From an uncultured Parasphingopyxis sp. (GTDB lineage Bacteria; Pseudomonadota; Alphaproteobacteria; Sphingomonadales; Sphingomonadaceae), in assembly GCA_947259005.1 (NCBI GenBank), contig CAMYKP010000012.1:26384-90383 (forward strand): a stretch of 64,000 bases of DNA, written 5' to 3'. Both the position numbers and the translations under genes were made by a program. The notes under the pieces were generated by a model. The model worked only from the letters and a program-made list of their open reading frames with translations. It had not been told where the DNA came from and did not search any database. Every line of letters starts with the position of its first letter. Position 1 is the first letter of the stretch. Of the stretch, positions 1 to 9,070 are shown in pieces.

Positions 1-209
1 AGCCCGGCGCGAACCCGCAATGTCGAGGCGGTCGCATCGTTTGGTAACCCGTCTTGATCAACCAGCTCGAGGCGGTAACGCAAATCGATGTAGGGATCGA
101 CAACAAGAGGCGCCGTTTGGTTGACTTCTGTTTCCGTTGCGAGAGCTGAGACAGGTGTCCAACCGAGAGCTGCCAGAATGAAAAAACATAGCTGTAGGCG
201 GTTTTGCAT
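1..209 (-). CDS. Alginate export family outer-membrane beta-barrel protein, N-terminal part (runs off the window edge; not in the ORF track)
   Basis: Manual translation from ATG at 209: MQNRLQLCFFILAALGWTPVSALA-TETEVNQTAPLVVDPYIDLRYRLELVDQDGLPNDATASTLRVRAG; Sec signal peptide followed by the DLRYRxExVDQD...TLRxRxG pattern of this family. Confidence 0.7.
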   Translation of the reverse strand, partial: MQNRLQLCFFILAALGWTPVSALATETEVNQTAPLVVDPYIDLRYRLELVDQDGLPNDATASTLRVRAG

Positions 210-240
210 AACGACTGGATAAAGGAACACACCATATCAT

Positions 241-258
241 ATTTGATATATGTCAAAT
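241..258. promoter_or_regulatory. FNR/FixK-type binding site
   Basis: TTGAT-ATAT-GTCAA (243-256) inside the palindrome ATTTGA-N6-TCAAAT, centred ~40 bp upstream of the porin ATG. Confidence 0.6.
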
Positions 259-611
259 GTCGTGTTTATCTCCGTAACACTCCCTACGAAAATAGTGCCA
301 GAGATGATGCGCGCGTCTGCTTCCTGGGAATAGGAAAAATCGCATGAATGTCCGCGATTAGTCGCTAAGCAGACGTCTGTTCAACCATTACTCAATGTCT
401 GAATTTCGTCGAATACCGACCTCAGAATAAAAACGATCAGAGTTCGGCTCTTGTGAAGTTAACTTCACTCGAAATACCTGTGCGAGAGGGATTTCTGTGT
501 GCCCACTGGCGGAGACGTTTTAGCTCCGGACTCCTATCTATCTGGTTATTAACACGAATTCCGGCTGGAGGTGCACCGGGTGGGATTCGTACTCTCCGTC
601 ACTTCATGTCC

Positions 612-624
612 TAAGCCATTGATA
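612..624 (-). promoter_or_regulatory. IHF binding site in the att region
   Basis: Minus strand TATCAATGGCTTA matches WATCAANNNNTTR and lies between the att core and the arm repeats. Confidence 0.55.
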
Positions 625-644
625 AGTATAACCACGCATCACCT

Positions 645-679
645 TGTGTCCCAGGGTTGTGTTCCAAGGTGTGTGCCAA
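645..679 (+). repeat. Three putative integrase arm-type repeats
   Basis: TGTGTCCCAG 645-654, TGTGTTCCAA 658-667, TGTGTGCCAA 670-679. Confidence 0.7.
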
Positions 680-751
680 CCGTCAATTCGGTGCGTTTGC
701 TCTGACTATGCTGGTACGCGTCCTTTCGGGCGATATCCTTGCGTCAGGGTT

Positions 752-1075
752 TCAGGGAGTTAGGTTCGACGGAGATTTACGCGAATCTCGTCTGACCATA
801 AAGCCTTGCCCGAAGAAGATATGACCTCCCTGGTTTCGAACCATGCCAATGATTTCATCGCTGGATAATGTCTGCTCGCTTGCCACTTGAAACACCCGCT
901 TGATCTCGATCGCTAACCTTAGCGCAAGCGGCGCTGCAATGCGAAGGGAGTAGGTATTCAACGACCAGCGCAGGTCATCGCGCTCGATTTTGTTCCGAAA
1001 TGCCGTCGGGACCCGCATGCGGAAATGATAGATTCCATTTCGACGCTGAAGATATGGGGCTGGCGACTTACTCAT
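752..1075 (-). pseudogene. DUF6538-type arm-binding N-terminal domain of a tyrosine integrase; catalytic domain absent
   Basis: YLQRRNGIYHFRMRVP...LRWSLNT..A pattern; ORF ends after ~107 aa with no R-H-R-Y domain; sits next to the tRNA 3' end. Confidence 0.7.
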
Positions 1076-1122
1076 CGCGCAGTACCACATGTTTTGGAAC
1101 TTAAATGGCGATCACAAGCTTT

Positions 1123-1158
1123 TGTGTTCCAAGCCTGTGTTCCAAACAGCGTGGCCAC
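1123..1158 (+). repeat. Putative integrase arm-type repeats next to the tRNA
   Basis: TGTGTTCCAA 1123-1132 and 1136-1145, degenerate GCGTGGCCAC 1149-1158 (13-bp period); inverted core TTGGAAC 1094-1100. Confidence 0.7.
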
Positions 1159-1205
1159 GAAATTTCGAGATTTCCATCTATTTGAATTTAAATGAAAATA
1201 TCGAT

Positions 1206-1297
<92 letters not shown>

Positions 1298-1385
1298 GCA
1301 TAGACAAGGTACACCGGCATTGCTGCCGGGCGGGCCGTTTGAGCGGCGCGCATTAGCTTACCCCACAGCGCTTGCCAAGTCCGTG

Positions 1386-1414
1386 CTTGTCACAAGAAGG
1401 GTCCACACCTACAT
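1386..1414 (+). promoter_or_regulatory. Putative RpoH (sigma32) promoter of hspQ
   Basis: CTTG-N18-CCTACAT resembles the alphaproteobacterial CTTG-N17/18-CYTATNT consensus; upstream of a heat-shock gene. Confidence 0.5.
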
Positions 1415-1422
1415 TATTTGTC

Positions 1423-1806
1423 ATGGACCCGGATATCCCCTCCCCGCGCGAACGCAACATATTCGCGAAAAACGCACCGCCCGTGGCGCATGCAAGCTTT
1501 ACGATCGGCGATATCGTCAAGCATCGCATGTTCGATTTTCGCGGTGTGATTTTCGATATCGACCCGGTTTTTGCGAACAGCGACGACTGGTATGAGGCGA
1601 TTCCGGAGGATATTCGCCCCCATAAGGATCAGCCCTTCTATCACCTGCTCGCCGAAAATGCGGAGAGCAGCTATGTCGCCTATGTCAGCCAGCAGAACCT
1701 GCTGCATGATGAAAGCGACGAGCCGATCGATCATCCGGCCATTCCGGGCATATTCGATGGTATTGCCAAGGGCCGCTACATGCTGAAACCCGAACACCGC
1801 CATTAG
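1423..1806 (+). CDS. hspQ: Heat shock protein HspQ (YccV-like)
   Basis: FTIGDIVKHRMFDFRGVIFDIDP...QPFYHLLAEN...YVSQQNL. Confidence 0.9.
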   Translation: MDPDIPSPRERNIFAKNAPPVAHASFTIGDIVKHRMFDFRGVIFDIDPVFANSDDWYEAIPEDIRPHKDQPFYHLLAENAESSYVAYVSQQNLLHDESDEPIDHPAIPGIFDGIAKGRYMLKPEHRH

Positions 1807-1868
1807 GCCTCGACCCTATAAATCCTGCCGCCATGTGGAAGTGACAGGAACACAAAAAACCACATGAC

Positions 1869-2675
1869 ATGCAGGAGAAGATAGTTTTGGCGACAGCAGC
1901 AAAGGACCAGATGGCGGTACCCCGCCCCTCGCGGCTATTGGCTTTTTCCGAACTTCATCGGGCAGCGTTCGAGATGGCCACGCTGCCATTGACCTCGCCA
2001 TTGCTCTATTCGGCCCCGCGCGGCGATGGCCATCCGGTGATGGTCTTGCCCGGATTCATGGCCAGTGGCCGTTCGACGCGGATCATGCGGCGCTATCTCG
2101 ACCGGTTGGGCTATGACACCTATTGCTGGGATCTTGGCCGCAATCTCGGGCCTCGCGCCATCGGGGCCGATGGCGAACATCTGATCGACAAGCTGCACGA
2201 AATTCATGAGGAAACCGGCGAAAAGGTCTCCCTTGTAGGCTGGAGCCTCGGCGGTTCCATGTCACGCCAGCTCGGCCAGCGCGTTCCCGAAAAGGTCCGG
2301 CAGGTTATCACCCTTGGCTCGCCGATGCGCGGGCGGGCCCAATCGACGACCGTGTGGCGCGTCTATGAAGCCGCCACCGGCGAACGCGTCAGCAGCGACA
2401 AGGTACGCGAACAGATGGCCGAGATCGCGGCCGTTCCCAAAGTACCCACCACAGCGGTGTACTCCAAGGCGGATGGCGTGGTGCCGTGGCAGAATTGCCA
2501 GGTGACCGAGAGTGCGCATTCCGAGAATGTCGGCGTCTATGGCAGCCATTGCGGCCTGGGCGTGAACGGATCAGTTCTCTACCTGATCGCCAACCGCCTG
2601 GCCCAGGCCGAAGGTGAATGGGCGCCGTTCGAAGCCAAGGGCCTCCAGTCAGCGTTGTTCCCCACCCACAACTAG
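1869..2675 (+). CDS. Alpha/beta hydrolase (lipase/esterase-like)
   Basis: VLPGF oxyanion motif, GWSLGG nucleophile elbow, D(GVV), SHCG. Confidence 0.85.
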   Translation: MQEKIVLATAAKDQMAVPRPSRLLAFSELHRAAFEMATLPLTSPLLYSAPRGDGHPVMVLPGFMASGRSTRIMRRYLDRLGYDTYCWDLGRNLGPRAIGADGEHLIDKLHEIHEETGEKVSLVGWSLGGSMSRQLGQRVPEKVRQVITLGSPMRGRAQSTTVWRVYEAATGERVSSDKVREQMAEIAAVPKVPTTAVYSKADGVVPWQNCQVTESAHSENVGVYGSHCGLGVNGSVLYLIANRLAQAEGEWAPFEAKGLQSALFPTHN

Positions 2676-2685
2676 AGTCAGGGCC

Positions 2686-4173
2686 CTAGCTCGCCTTGGC
2701 CTTGCGTTTGGCCGGTGATTTTTTCGCCGCTGCTTTTTTGCGCCTGGGTTTGGGGTTGACCAAGGCCGCCATCAGTTCATCGAACGTATCGCGCAGGGCC
2801 TGAGCGTAATTTTCAGGATCGCTGACCGCTTCGCGATCTGCGGTGAAGGAAAGCGTCAGGGTGCCGCCTGAACTATAGACGACATTGATGAGCCCCATCC
2901 CGTCGAAAATCGGACCGACGCCAAACTGCTCGACCAGCCGCGCACCGGCAAAATAGATATCCATGGGCGGCCCCGGCACATTGGTGACGACGCAGTTAAA
3001 GGCCGGAGCATGCGCGCTGGCGAGCCCCGCACGGGCATAGAGCCGTGCGCCCAGCCCCATCAGCGCCCCCGGCATCATCCCGCTCATGCGGGAGAGATTG
3101 CGCGCGCCCATCGCATTGGTCAGCTTTTTCGATTTTTGCGCCTTGTCATGCACATAGGTGAGCCGCTCGACCGGATCTTCGATATGGGTGCCGAGCCCCA
3201 CGATCATCGCGGAAACCTGATTTCCCAGATCCGCCTTCTGATCGTCCGAACGCACCGAAATCGGGGCCATGGCCGTCATATCGTCCTTGGGCAGATCGTT
3301 TTTCGAGATCAGATATTTGCGCAGTCCGCCGCCGAAGATCGAAAGCACCACGTCATTTACCGTCGCGCCTTCGACGGCAGACTTGATCGCCTTGATATCC
3401 TCTAGATCGAACCGGACACCGTTGAAGACCCGGTGCGGCGATACCGTCTGGTTGAACAGGGTATTGGGCGCACTGCCGCTGGATGGAAGGTTGAGGTCGC
3501 GGGTCAGCAGACCGGCACCGGCCTTCGCCATCCCCGGAAGGCTGCGGGCGACGATATCGGCGATCTTGAAGGGCTGGCGCACGGCATTGATCTGCGCCCG
3601 GATCAGCAGCTCCGCATCGGCCGGCTTGCTGTCCGCCTTCCAGTTCATGTCGAATATGCGTTCCGGCACATCGGGCGTGATGTCATGCACCGCCGTGGTG
3701 ATTTCGACGCCCGACATCCCGTCGATTGCGGCATGATGGATTTTGGAGAGGATCGCGATGGAGCCCTTGGGCAGCCCCTCGATATTGTCGAGACCCTCGA
3801 TGACCGTGAACTCCCAGAGCGGTTTGGTGAGATCAAGCGCGCGGGAATGGAGTCTCGCCGCAAGAATGCAAAGCTGGCGCCAGTCGCCAGGCTCGGGCAG
3901 CGCAACGTGGCGGACATGATATTCAAGGTCGAAATCCGGATCCTCGATCCAATAGGGATGGTCCAGGTCGAACGGCACGCGCACCAGCCGCCGCCGGAAT
4001 GCCCAGGCTCCGTCGAGCCGGCTCTCGATAAAGTCGAGCACTTCCTTGAAGCGGAGCTTTCCATTGGGTGATGTCGAGGGATCGTAAATCGCCAGAGACC
4101 CGATATGCATCGGTGTCGAGGGCGTCTCCATATAAACGAAAGACGCGTCCATCGGGCTAAGCTGCTGCATCAT
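2686..4173 (-). CDS. Wax ester synthase/diacylglycerol acyltransferase (WS/DGAT)
   Basis: LSPMDASF...MHIG N-terminus, catalytic HHAAIDG, TVNDVVL, TNVPGP. Confidence 0.93.
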   Translation of the reverse strand: MMQQLSPMDASFVYMETPSTPMHIGSLAIYDPSTSPNGKLRFKEVLDFIESRLDGAWAFRRRLVRVPFDLDHPYWIEDPDFDLEYHVRHVALPEPGDWRQLCILAARLHSRALDLTKPLWEFTVIEGLDNIEGLPKGSIAILSKIHHAAIDGMSGVEITTAVHDITPDVPERIFDMNWKADSKPADAELLIRAQINAVRQPFKIADIVARSLPGMAKAGAGLLTRDLNLPSSGSAPNTLFNQTVSPHRVFNGVRFDLEDIKAIKSAVEGATVNDVVLSIFGGGLRKYLISKNDLPKDDMTAMAPISVRSDDQKADLGNQVSAMIVGLGTHIEDPVERLTYVHDKAQKSKKLTNAMGARNLSRMSGMMPGALMGLGARLYARAGLASAHAPAFNCVVTNVPGPPMDIYFAGARLVEQFGVGPIFDGMGLINVVYSSGGTLTLSFTADREAVSDPENYAQALRDTFDELMAALVNPKPRRKKAAAKKSPAKRKAKAS

Positions 4174-4315
4174 TCTCTCCCCCTGCAGGTCCGGTTTTTC
4201 CGAACTCTTTCAGTTGTCGTCTTTTATGCTAATGCAAAATCAGGTGCTTTGATACAGCGCCGCCGATTGGAACCGTTCCGCCCCGAAACGGCACAGCGCG
4301 CAGAGACACGATGTG

Positions 4316-4925
4316 TCAGCGAGGCTCGCGCCACATCGCTTCGAGTGGCGGTGCACCAGCGACCGGACCGAAATTCTCGACATGCTCAAAGCCCTGCCCC
4401 GCGTAAAAACTGTGATTGCGCGGGTTTGAATTCTCCAGATAGGCTGGGAGACCGGCGCGGTCGCATGCGTCCAGCATCGGTGCCAACAGAGCGCGGCCAA
4501 GCCCCTGCCCCTGCGCGGAAGACCGCACCGCAATTGTGTAGAGATAGGCATGCGGCGTTTTCGGCTTGCGCCGGATCATTTTCGGCATCGGCCGCCATCC
4601 CGCGCCGGATCGCACCCAGCCCGGCCAGGCGTGTCATGTGAAACCCGATATCCAGGGTGCCGAGCAGCGACATGTCTTTCTTGGCACCGGGCAGCAACCA
4701 CATTGTCGCGCCGTCATCGCCCGCCAATTGGCAAACCCCGCGCGGCAAATAAATATGCCGCGCCTGCCTGCCGAAAACGGGGCGCATGGCGCGCTTGTTC
4801 CCGAATATCCAGCGCGACACCGGATCGTTCTGAAAGGCATCGGCAGTTATAGCACCGATCGCATCCCAGTCCGCTAGCTCGGCCCGCCGCATGGTTTCCG
4901 GAAGCCGGATATCCAGTTCAGCCAT
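4316..4925 (-). pseudogene. GNAT N-acetyltransferase split by a 1-bp frameshift
   Basis: N-half (AFQNDPVSRW) lies in ORF 4386..4937 and C-half (YLYTIAV..QGQGLG..YLENS..FY) in ORF 4316..4615; removing one T from TTTT at 4579-4582 joins them. Confidence 0.8.
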
Positions 4926-6093
4926 CGCGCGCACCATCCTCCCAAATCACCTTCCGCGTACCCACAAAGCGCGCGAGCCGGTCGATCTCGGCATCCAGCT
5001 TGCGCCAGCGCGCCGGGCCCCATTTTATGCCCGGTTCAGGCCAGACATTATGGATGGTCAGCCTGCCCGCCTTGCGGTCCGCCTTGGCTTCCACCCGCCC
5101 GACAAAGCGATCCCCTTCGAGTATCGGCATGACATAATAGCCCCATTTCCGCTGGGCGGCGGGCACAAAGATTTCGATCCGGAAATCGAAACCGAAAAGA
5201 CGTGCCAGCCGCGTCCGGTCCCGTACCGCCGGGTCGAAGGGGTTGAGGATGCGCAGTCGCGTTGTCGGCGCGGAAAGCCTCGCCAGCCGCTCTTCGATAT
5301 TCGCCGGCGCGATGAGCGTCAGGGCGCTGCCGTCCGCACAGACTATCTCGACATCGACCAGCTCGCGATCGACCGCCTGCCTCCAGGCTTTGACCTCGCC
5401 GAGCGCCGTTGCGCCCCAGAATCGCATGATATCGCCCTCGCTGCCGAACCCCAGCCGTTCCAGCGCCGAGCGACACAGCCAGTCGACCTGCTCCGTATCG
5501 TCGACGGTTTCGTCTCGCACATGACCGGGGATCACCCGCTCGCTCAGATCGTAATATTTGGTGAAATTGGCGCGATGCGACGTCGCCAGCTCGCCCGCAT
5601 ACCACATATGATCGAGGGCCAGTTTATGCGGCGGACGCGCCCACATCTCCTTCGAGCTCTTCTTGGTGTCGAACGCATGGGTGGATAGCGGGCCTTCTGC
5701 CTCGATCCGATCCCTGATCGCCGCCATCCCTTCTGCGTCCACCATGGAGCGCGTCTGCTCCCAACGCCCCGTCTTCTCGCCCAGGCGGCCGAACTGTCGC
5801 CGCCAATAGGGGTAGGTCTCGATGGGCAGCACCGAAGCGTCATGGGTGAAATGTTCGAAGATCGCCCGATCCCTGGCCAACAACCGGTCCAGCATCGGCT
5901 CCCGGTAATTCTGGTTGCGGGACCAGAGGATATGGTGATGCGCGCGGGCCACTGCCTGGATTGTATCGAGCTGCACAAAGCCCAGCCGGCGGATAATGGC
6001 CATCACATCCAGCGGACCTGTAGGGGTTTCCGAAAGCCCTTGGGCGTCGATCCAGAGCCTTCGGGCATCGCGATTGGATATTTTCAGGCTCAT
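4918..6093 (-). CDS. ycaQ: YcaQ/AlkZ-family (HTH_42) DNA crosslink-repair glycosylase
   Basis: VQLDTI QxD motif, HHHILWSR, LNPFDP..DR.R...FGFDFRIEIFVPAAQRKWGYY. Confidence 0.85.
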   Translation of the reverse strand: MSLKISNRDARRLWIDAQGLSETPTGPLDVMAIIRRLGFVQLDTIQAVARAHHHILWSRNQNYREPMLDRLLARDRAIFEHFTHDASVLPIETYPYWRRQFGRLGEKTGRWEQTRSMVDAEGMAAIRDRIEAEGPLSTHAFDTKKSSKEMWARPPHKLALDHMWYAGELATSHRANFTKYYDLSERVIPGHVRDETVDDTEQVDWLCRSALERLGFGSEGDIMRFWGATALGEVKAWRQAVDRELVDVEIVCADGSALTLIAPANIEERLARLSAPTTRLRILNPFDPAVRDRTRLARLFGFDFRIEIFVPAAQRKWGYYVMPILEGDRFVGRVEAKADRKAGRLTIHNVWPEPGIKWGPARWRKLDAEIDRLARFVGTRKVIWEDGARDG

Positions 6094-6191
6094 GGCAAAG
6101 ACAGTGCATCAGATCGGCGCAAAGATGAAGGCGCTCTGCGATCGTGAAGCGCTCCATTGCATCCGCCGCCGATATGCTGTGAATGGAGGCC

Positions 6192-6374
6192 ATGGCGGAA
6201 AAACGTTTCGAACGACACAAACAGGCCTGGACCAGCGACGAAGTCCAGAAGCTGCACAGACTTGCCCAGAAAGGCACGCCGCTGAGGCAGATCGCAAAGG
6301 CTCTCACGCGCAGCGAGGAGTCCGTCAAGAAACGGGCCAAGGCGGACCGCCTCAAGATCGCCAAGCTGCATTAG
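6192..6374 (+). CDS. Small basic helix-turn-helix protein (GcrA-N-terminus/Myb-like)
   Basis: WTSDEVQKL..L..KG....QIAKALTRS..SV pattern; GGAGG RBS before ATG 6192. Confidence 0.65.
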   Translation: MAEKRFERHKQAWTSDEVQKLHRLAQKGTPLRQIAKALTRSEESVKKRAKADRLKIAKLH

Positions 6375-6402
6375 GCCAGCGCAATTGCGGGAAGGAATCG
6401 AA

Positions 6403-7218
6403 ATGACTGAAACGCCCGAAACGGAGCGCTTCGGCGAGTTCCTCTCTTTGGAACGCGATGGCGGCGTCGTTATCGTCACCTTCGATCGCGGCGACGGCAT
6501 GAACGCCCTGTCGAACGACGCCATGCGCGAGCTTACCGACCTTGCCCATATGCTGGCCGACGACACCCAAAGCTCGGCCATCGTCCTGACCGGCAAAGGC
6601 GGATTTTCCGCTGGCTTCGATCTCAAGACGCGTGATAGGAGCGCGCCGGAAAAACCGACCCTGCTGGATCGCCGCCAGGCCCTGAAAGCCGGCCCGGATA
6701 TGTGCGCGGCATGGGAAAAACTGGAACAGATCACCATCGCGGCCGTGGAACGTTTCTGTATTGGTGGCGGCGTCGCGCTGGCGATTGCCTGCGATCACCG
6801 GATTGCCGGTGAAGACGCCCATTTCCGCTTGCCCGAAATTCCGCTCGGCATGAATATGAGCTGGCAGAGCAATCCGCGAACCGTTGCGCTGATCGGCCCT
6901 TCACGCGCAAAACGCTTCACGATCCTCGGCGAGAAACTGGGCGCGTCTCAGGCCCTTGAATGGGGCATGATCGAAGAGATGACGGTGCCCGGCGGCGCGC
7001 TGGACGCGGCAAAGGCTCTGGCCGAACGTTATGCGGCGATGCCGCCAATCCCCCTGCGCATGACCAAACAGGCTATCAATGCCGCTGCCGGGGCGCTCAA
7101 TCACGCGACAAGCTATATGGACCGCGACCAGTTCCTGCTGACATCGATGAGCGCGGATCAGAGGGAGGGCGTGGCCGCCTTTCTTGAAAAGAGAAAACCC
7201 GATTTTACAGGCGATTAA
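6403..7218 (+). CDS. Enoyl-CoA hydratase/isomerase (crotonase family)
   Basis: FSAGFDL, CIGGG, ACDHR, LPEIPLG, REGVAAFLEKRKPDF. Confidence 0.9.
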   Translation: MTETPETERFGEFLSLERDGGVVIVTFDRGDGMNALSNDAMRELTDLAHMLADDTQSSAIVLTGKGGFSAGFDLKTRDRSAPEKPTLLDRRQALKAGPDMCAAWEKLEQITIAAVERFCIGGGVALAIACDHRIAGEDAHFRLPEIPLGMNMSWQSNPRTVALIGPSRAKRFTILGEKLGASQALEWGMIEEMTVPGGALDAAKALAERYAAMPPIPLRMTKQAINAAAGALNHATSYMDRDQFLLTSMSADQREGVAAFLEKRKPDFTGD

Positions 7219-7351
7219 GCGCAAAATCATCGCAGACGCGGCCCGCCCCGTTCCGAAATGCTGTTCACCTTTCCCAAAACGGTACGTGCAAAAGAATTGA
7301 CAGGCGCGCTCCCGACGCTCCACCCTCAAAAGAAAAAAGGAGAATGATGCG

Positions 7352-9028
7352 ATGGCGCAGCTTGAAGGCGAACCGGAAGCAACAATGGCACTGGGGCCGC
7401 TAGTCGGACTGGCGCGCGAGGATTTTGTCGGGGCCATCGCGATGCTGCTGCGGGAAACCGCAACCGATCCGCAAAAGACCTTCAAACATGCGAAGAGTTT
7501 TTCCGAAGATGTCGTGCAGATCATGACCGGCAAGTCGGAACTCTCGCCCAACCCGCGTGACAAGCGGTTCATGGATCCCGCCTTCACCTTCAACCCCTTC
7601 TACAAGGCCGGGATGCAATATTTCCTCGCCGTCGAGAAAGGCACCAAGACCTGGATCGATGATCTCGATCTTGATGCGCTGGAAAAGGACAGGGCGAGCT
7701 TCATCTCGCAGATCGTGATCGATGCGCTTTCCCCAACCAACAGCTTTGCCGGCAATCCCATGGCGCAGAAGCGGGCGATCGACAGTGGTGGGCTCTCCCT
7801 CATCAAAGGCCTGAAAAACGCCTATGAGGACATCACCAAGAACCAGGGCATGGTCAGCCAGGTCAACAAGAAGCCGTTCAAGCTTGGCGAGAATGTCGCC
7901 ACCTCCCCCGGCGCCGTGGTGTACCGGGACGAAATGTTCGAGCTGATCCAGTATCAGCCGACCACCGAAAAGGTGTATGCGATCCCGCAGCTCACCATCC
8001 CGCCTCAGATCAACAAAATGTATATCAACGATCTCTCACCCGACAAAAGCGTTGTGAAGTTCCAGGTCGATCACGGCATCCAGACATTCGTTATCAGCTG
8101 GCGCAATCCGACCGAAGAGATGGGCGTGTGGGGCATGGACGAATATGTCGATGCCTGTATCCGCGCGCTCAATACGGTGCAGGAAATCACCGGATCGGAC
8201 AAAGTGAATGTGTCGGGCGGCTGTTCCGGCGGCCAGACCATGTCGGTCCTGCTTTCCAAGCTGGCAGCGGAAAAGGACGACAGCATCAATGCCGCTACGA
8301 TGATGGTCTGCGTGCTCGAGCCGAAGCCCGGCGATACCGAGGCAAGCTCCCTCGTGTCCAAAAACGGCATCGCGCTCGCCAAGCAGCGCGCCAGGCGCAA
8401 GGGCGTGATCGAGGCAAACTCGCTTGCCCGCAGCTTCGCATGGCTCAGACCCAACGATCTTGTCTGGAACTATGTGATCAACAATTATCTGATGGGCGAT
8501 GATCCCCCCGCTTTTGACGTATTGTTCTGGAACGCCGATGCCACGAACCTGTCGGCAACGCTGATGGGCGATTTCCTCGATCTGTTCGAAGCCAATGCCT
8601 ATGCGGAACCCGGCAAGTTCGACATTGCCGGACACACTGTCGACCTCACCAAGGTCAAGAATGACATGTTCATTCTGGGCGGGGTCACCGATCACATCAC
8701 GCCGTGGCGCGCCTGTTATCGCTCCACCCAGCTGTTCGGTTCGAAAAATGTCGAGTTTGTCCTGTCGCAGGCGGGGCATATGCAGGCCATTCTCAACCCG
8801 CCCGGCAATCCGAAAGCCAAATATTTCAAATCGAAAAAGAAGGGCAAGCCACCCGCGTCTGTGGATAAATGGATGGAAGGCACCGAGGAAATCAAGGATA
8901 GCTGGTGGCCGTATTGGATGGAATGGCTACAGGCCCGGTCCGGGGATGAGAAAGCCGCACCCAAATCGCTCGGCAGCAAGACGAACAAGGCAATGGAAGC
9001 CGCGCCGGGAACCTACGTCCTGGAATAG
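7352..9028 (+). CDS. phaC: Polyhydroxyalkanoate synthase, class II-like
   Basis: 558 aa; PPQINK.YI.DL, SWRNP, lipase box GGCSGG, LRPNDLVWNY, DHITPW, GH, SWWP.W, APGTYV. Confidence 0.88.
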   Translation: MAQLEGEPEATMALGPLVGLAREDFVGAIAMLLRETATDPQKTFKHAKSFSEDVVQIMTGKSELSPNPRDKRFMDPAFTFNPFYKAGMQYFLAVEKGTKTWIDDLDLDALEKDRASFISQIVIDALSPTNSFAGNPMAQKRAIDSGGLSLIKGLKNAYEDITKNQGMVSQVNKKPFKLGENVATSPGAVVYRDEMFELIQYQPTTEKVYAIPQLTIPPQINKMYINDLSPDKSVVKFQVDHGIQTFVISWRNPTEEMGVWGMDEYVDACIRALNTVQEITGSDKVNVSGGCSGGQTMSVLLSKLAAEKDDSINAATMMVCVLEPKPGDTEASSLVSKNGIALAKQRARRKGVIEANSLARSFAWLRPNDLVWNYVINNYLMGDDPPAFDVLFWNADATNLSATLMGDFLDLFEANAYAEPGKFDIAGHTVDLTKVKNDMFILGGVTDHITPWRACYRSTQLFGSKNVEFVLSQAGHMQAILNPPGNPKAKYFKSKKKGKPPASVDKWMEGTEEIKDSWWPYWMEWLQARSGDEKAAPKSLGSKTNKAMEAAPGTYVLE

Positions 9029-9070
9029 GCCGATCCAGTCTGGCAACCAGCAAGCAACAGAAAGTCATCA

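Noticed and set aside
58-240. 60-aa ORF in the track
   Set aside because: A different frame on the same strand (ATG 209) gives a recognisable signal peptide and porin motif
645-1158. TGTGTTCC repeats as CRISPR or iterons
   Set aside because: Only 10 bp, 12-13-bp period, no rep or cas gene; position fits integrase arm sites
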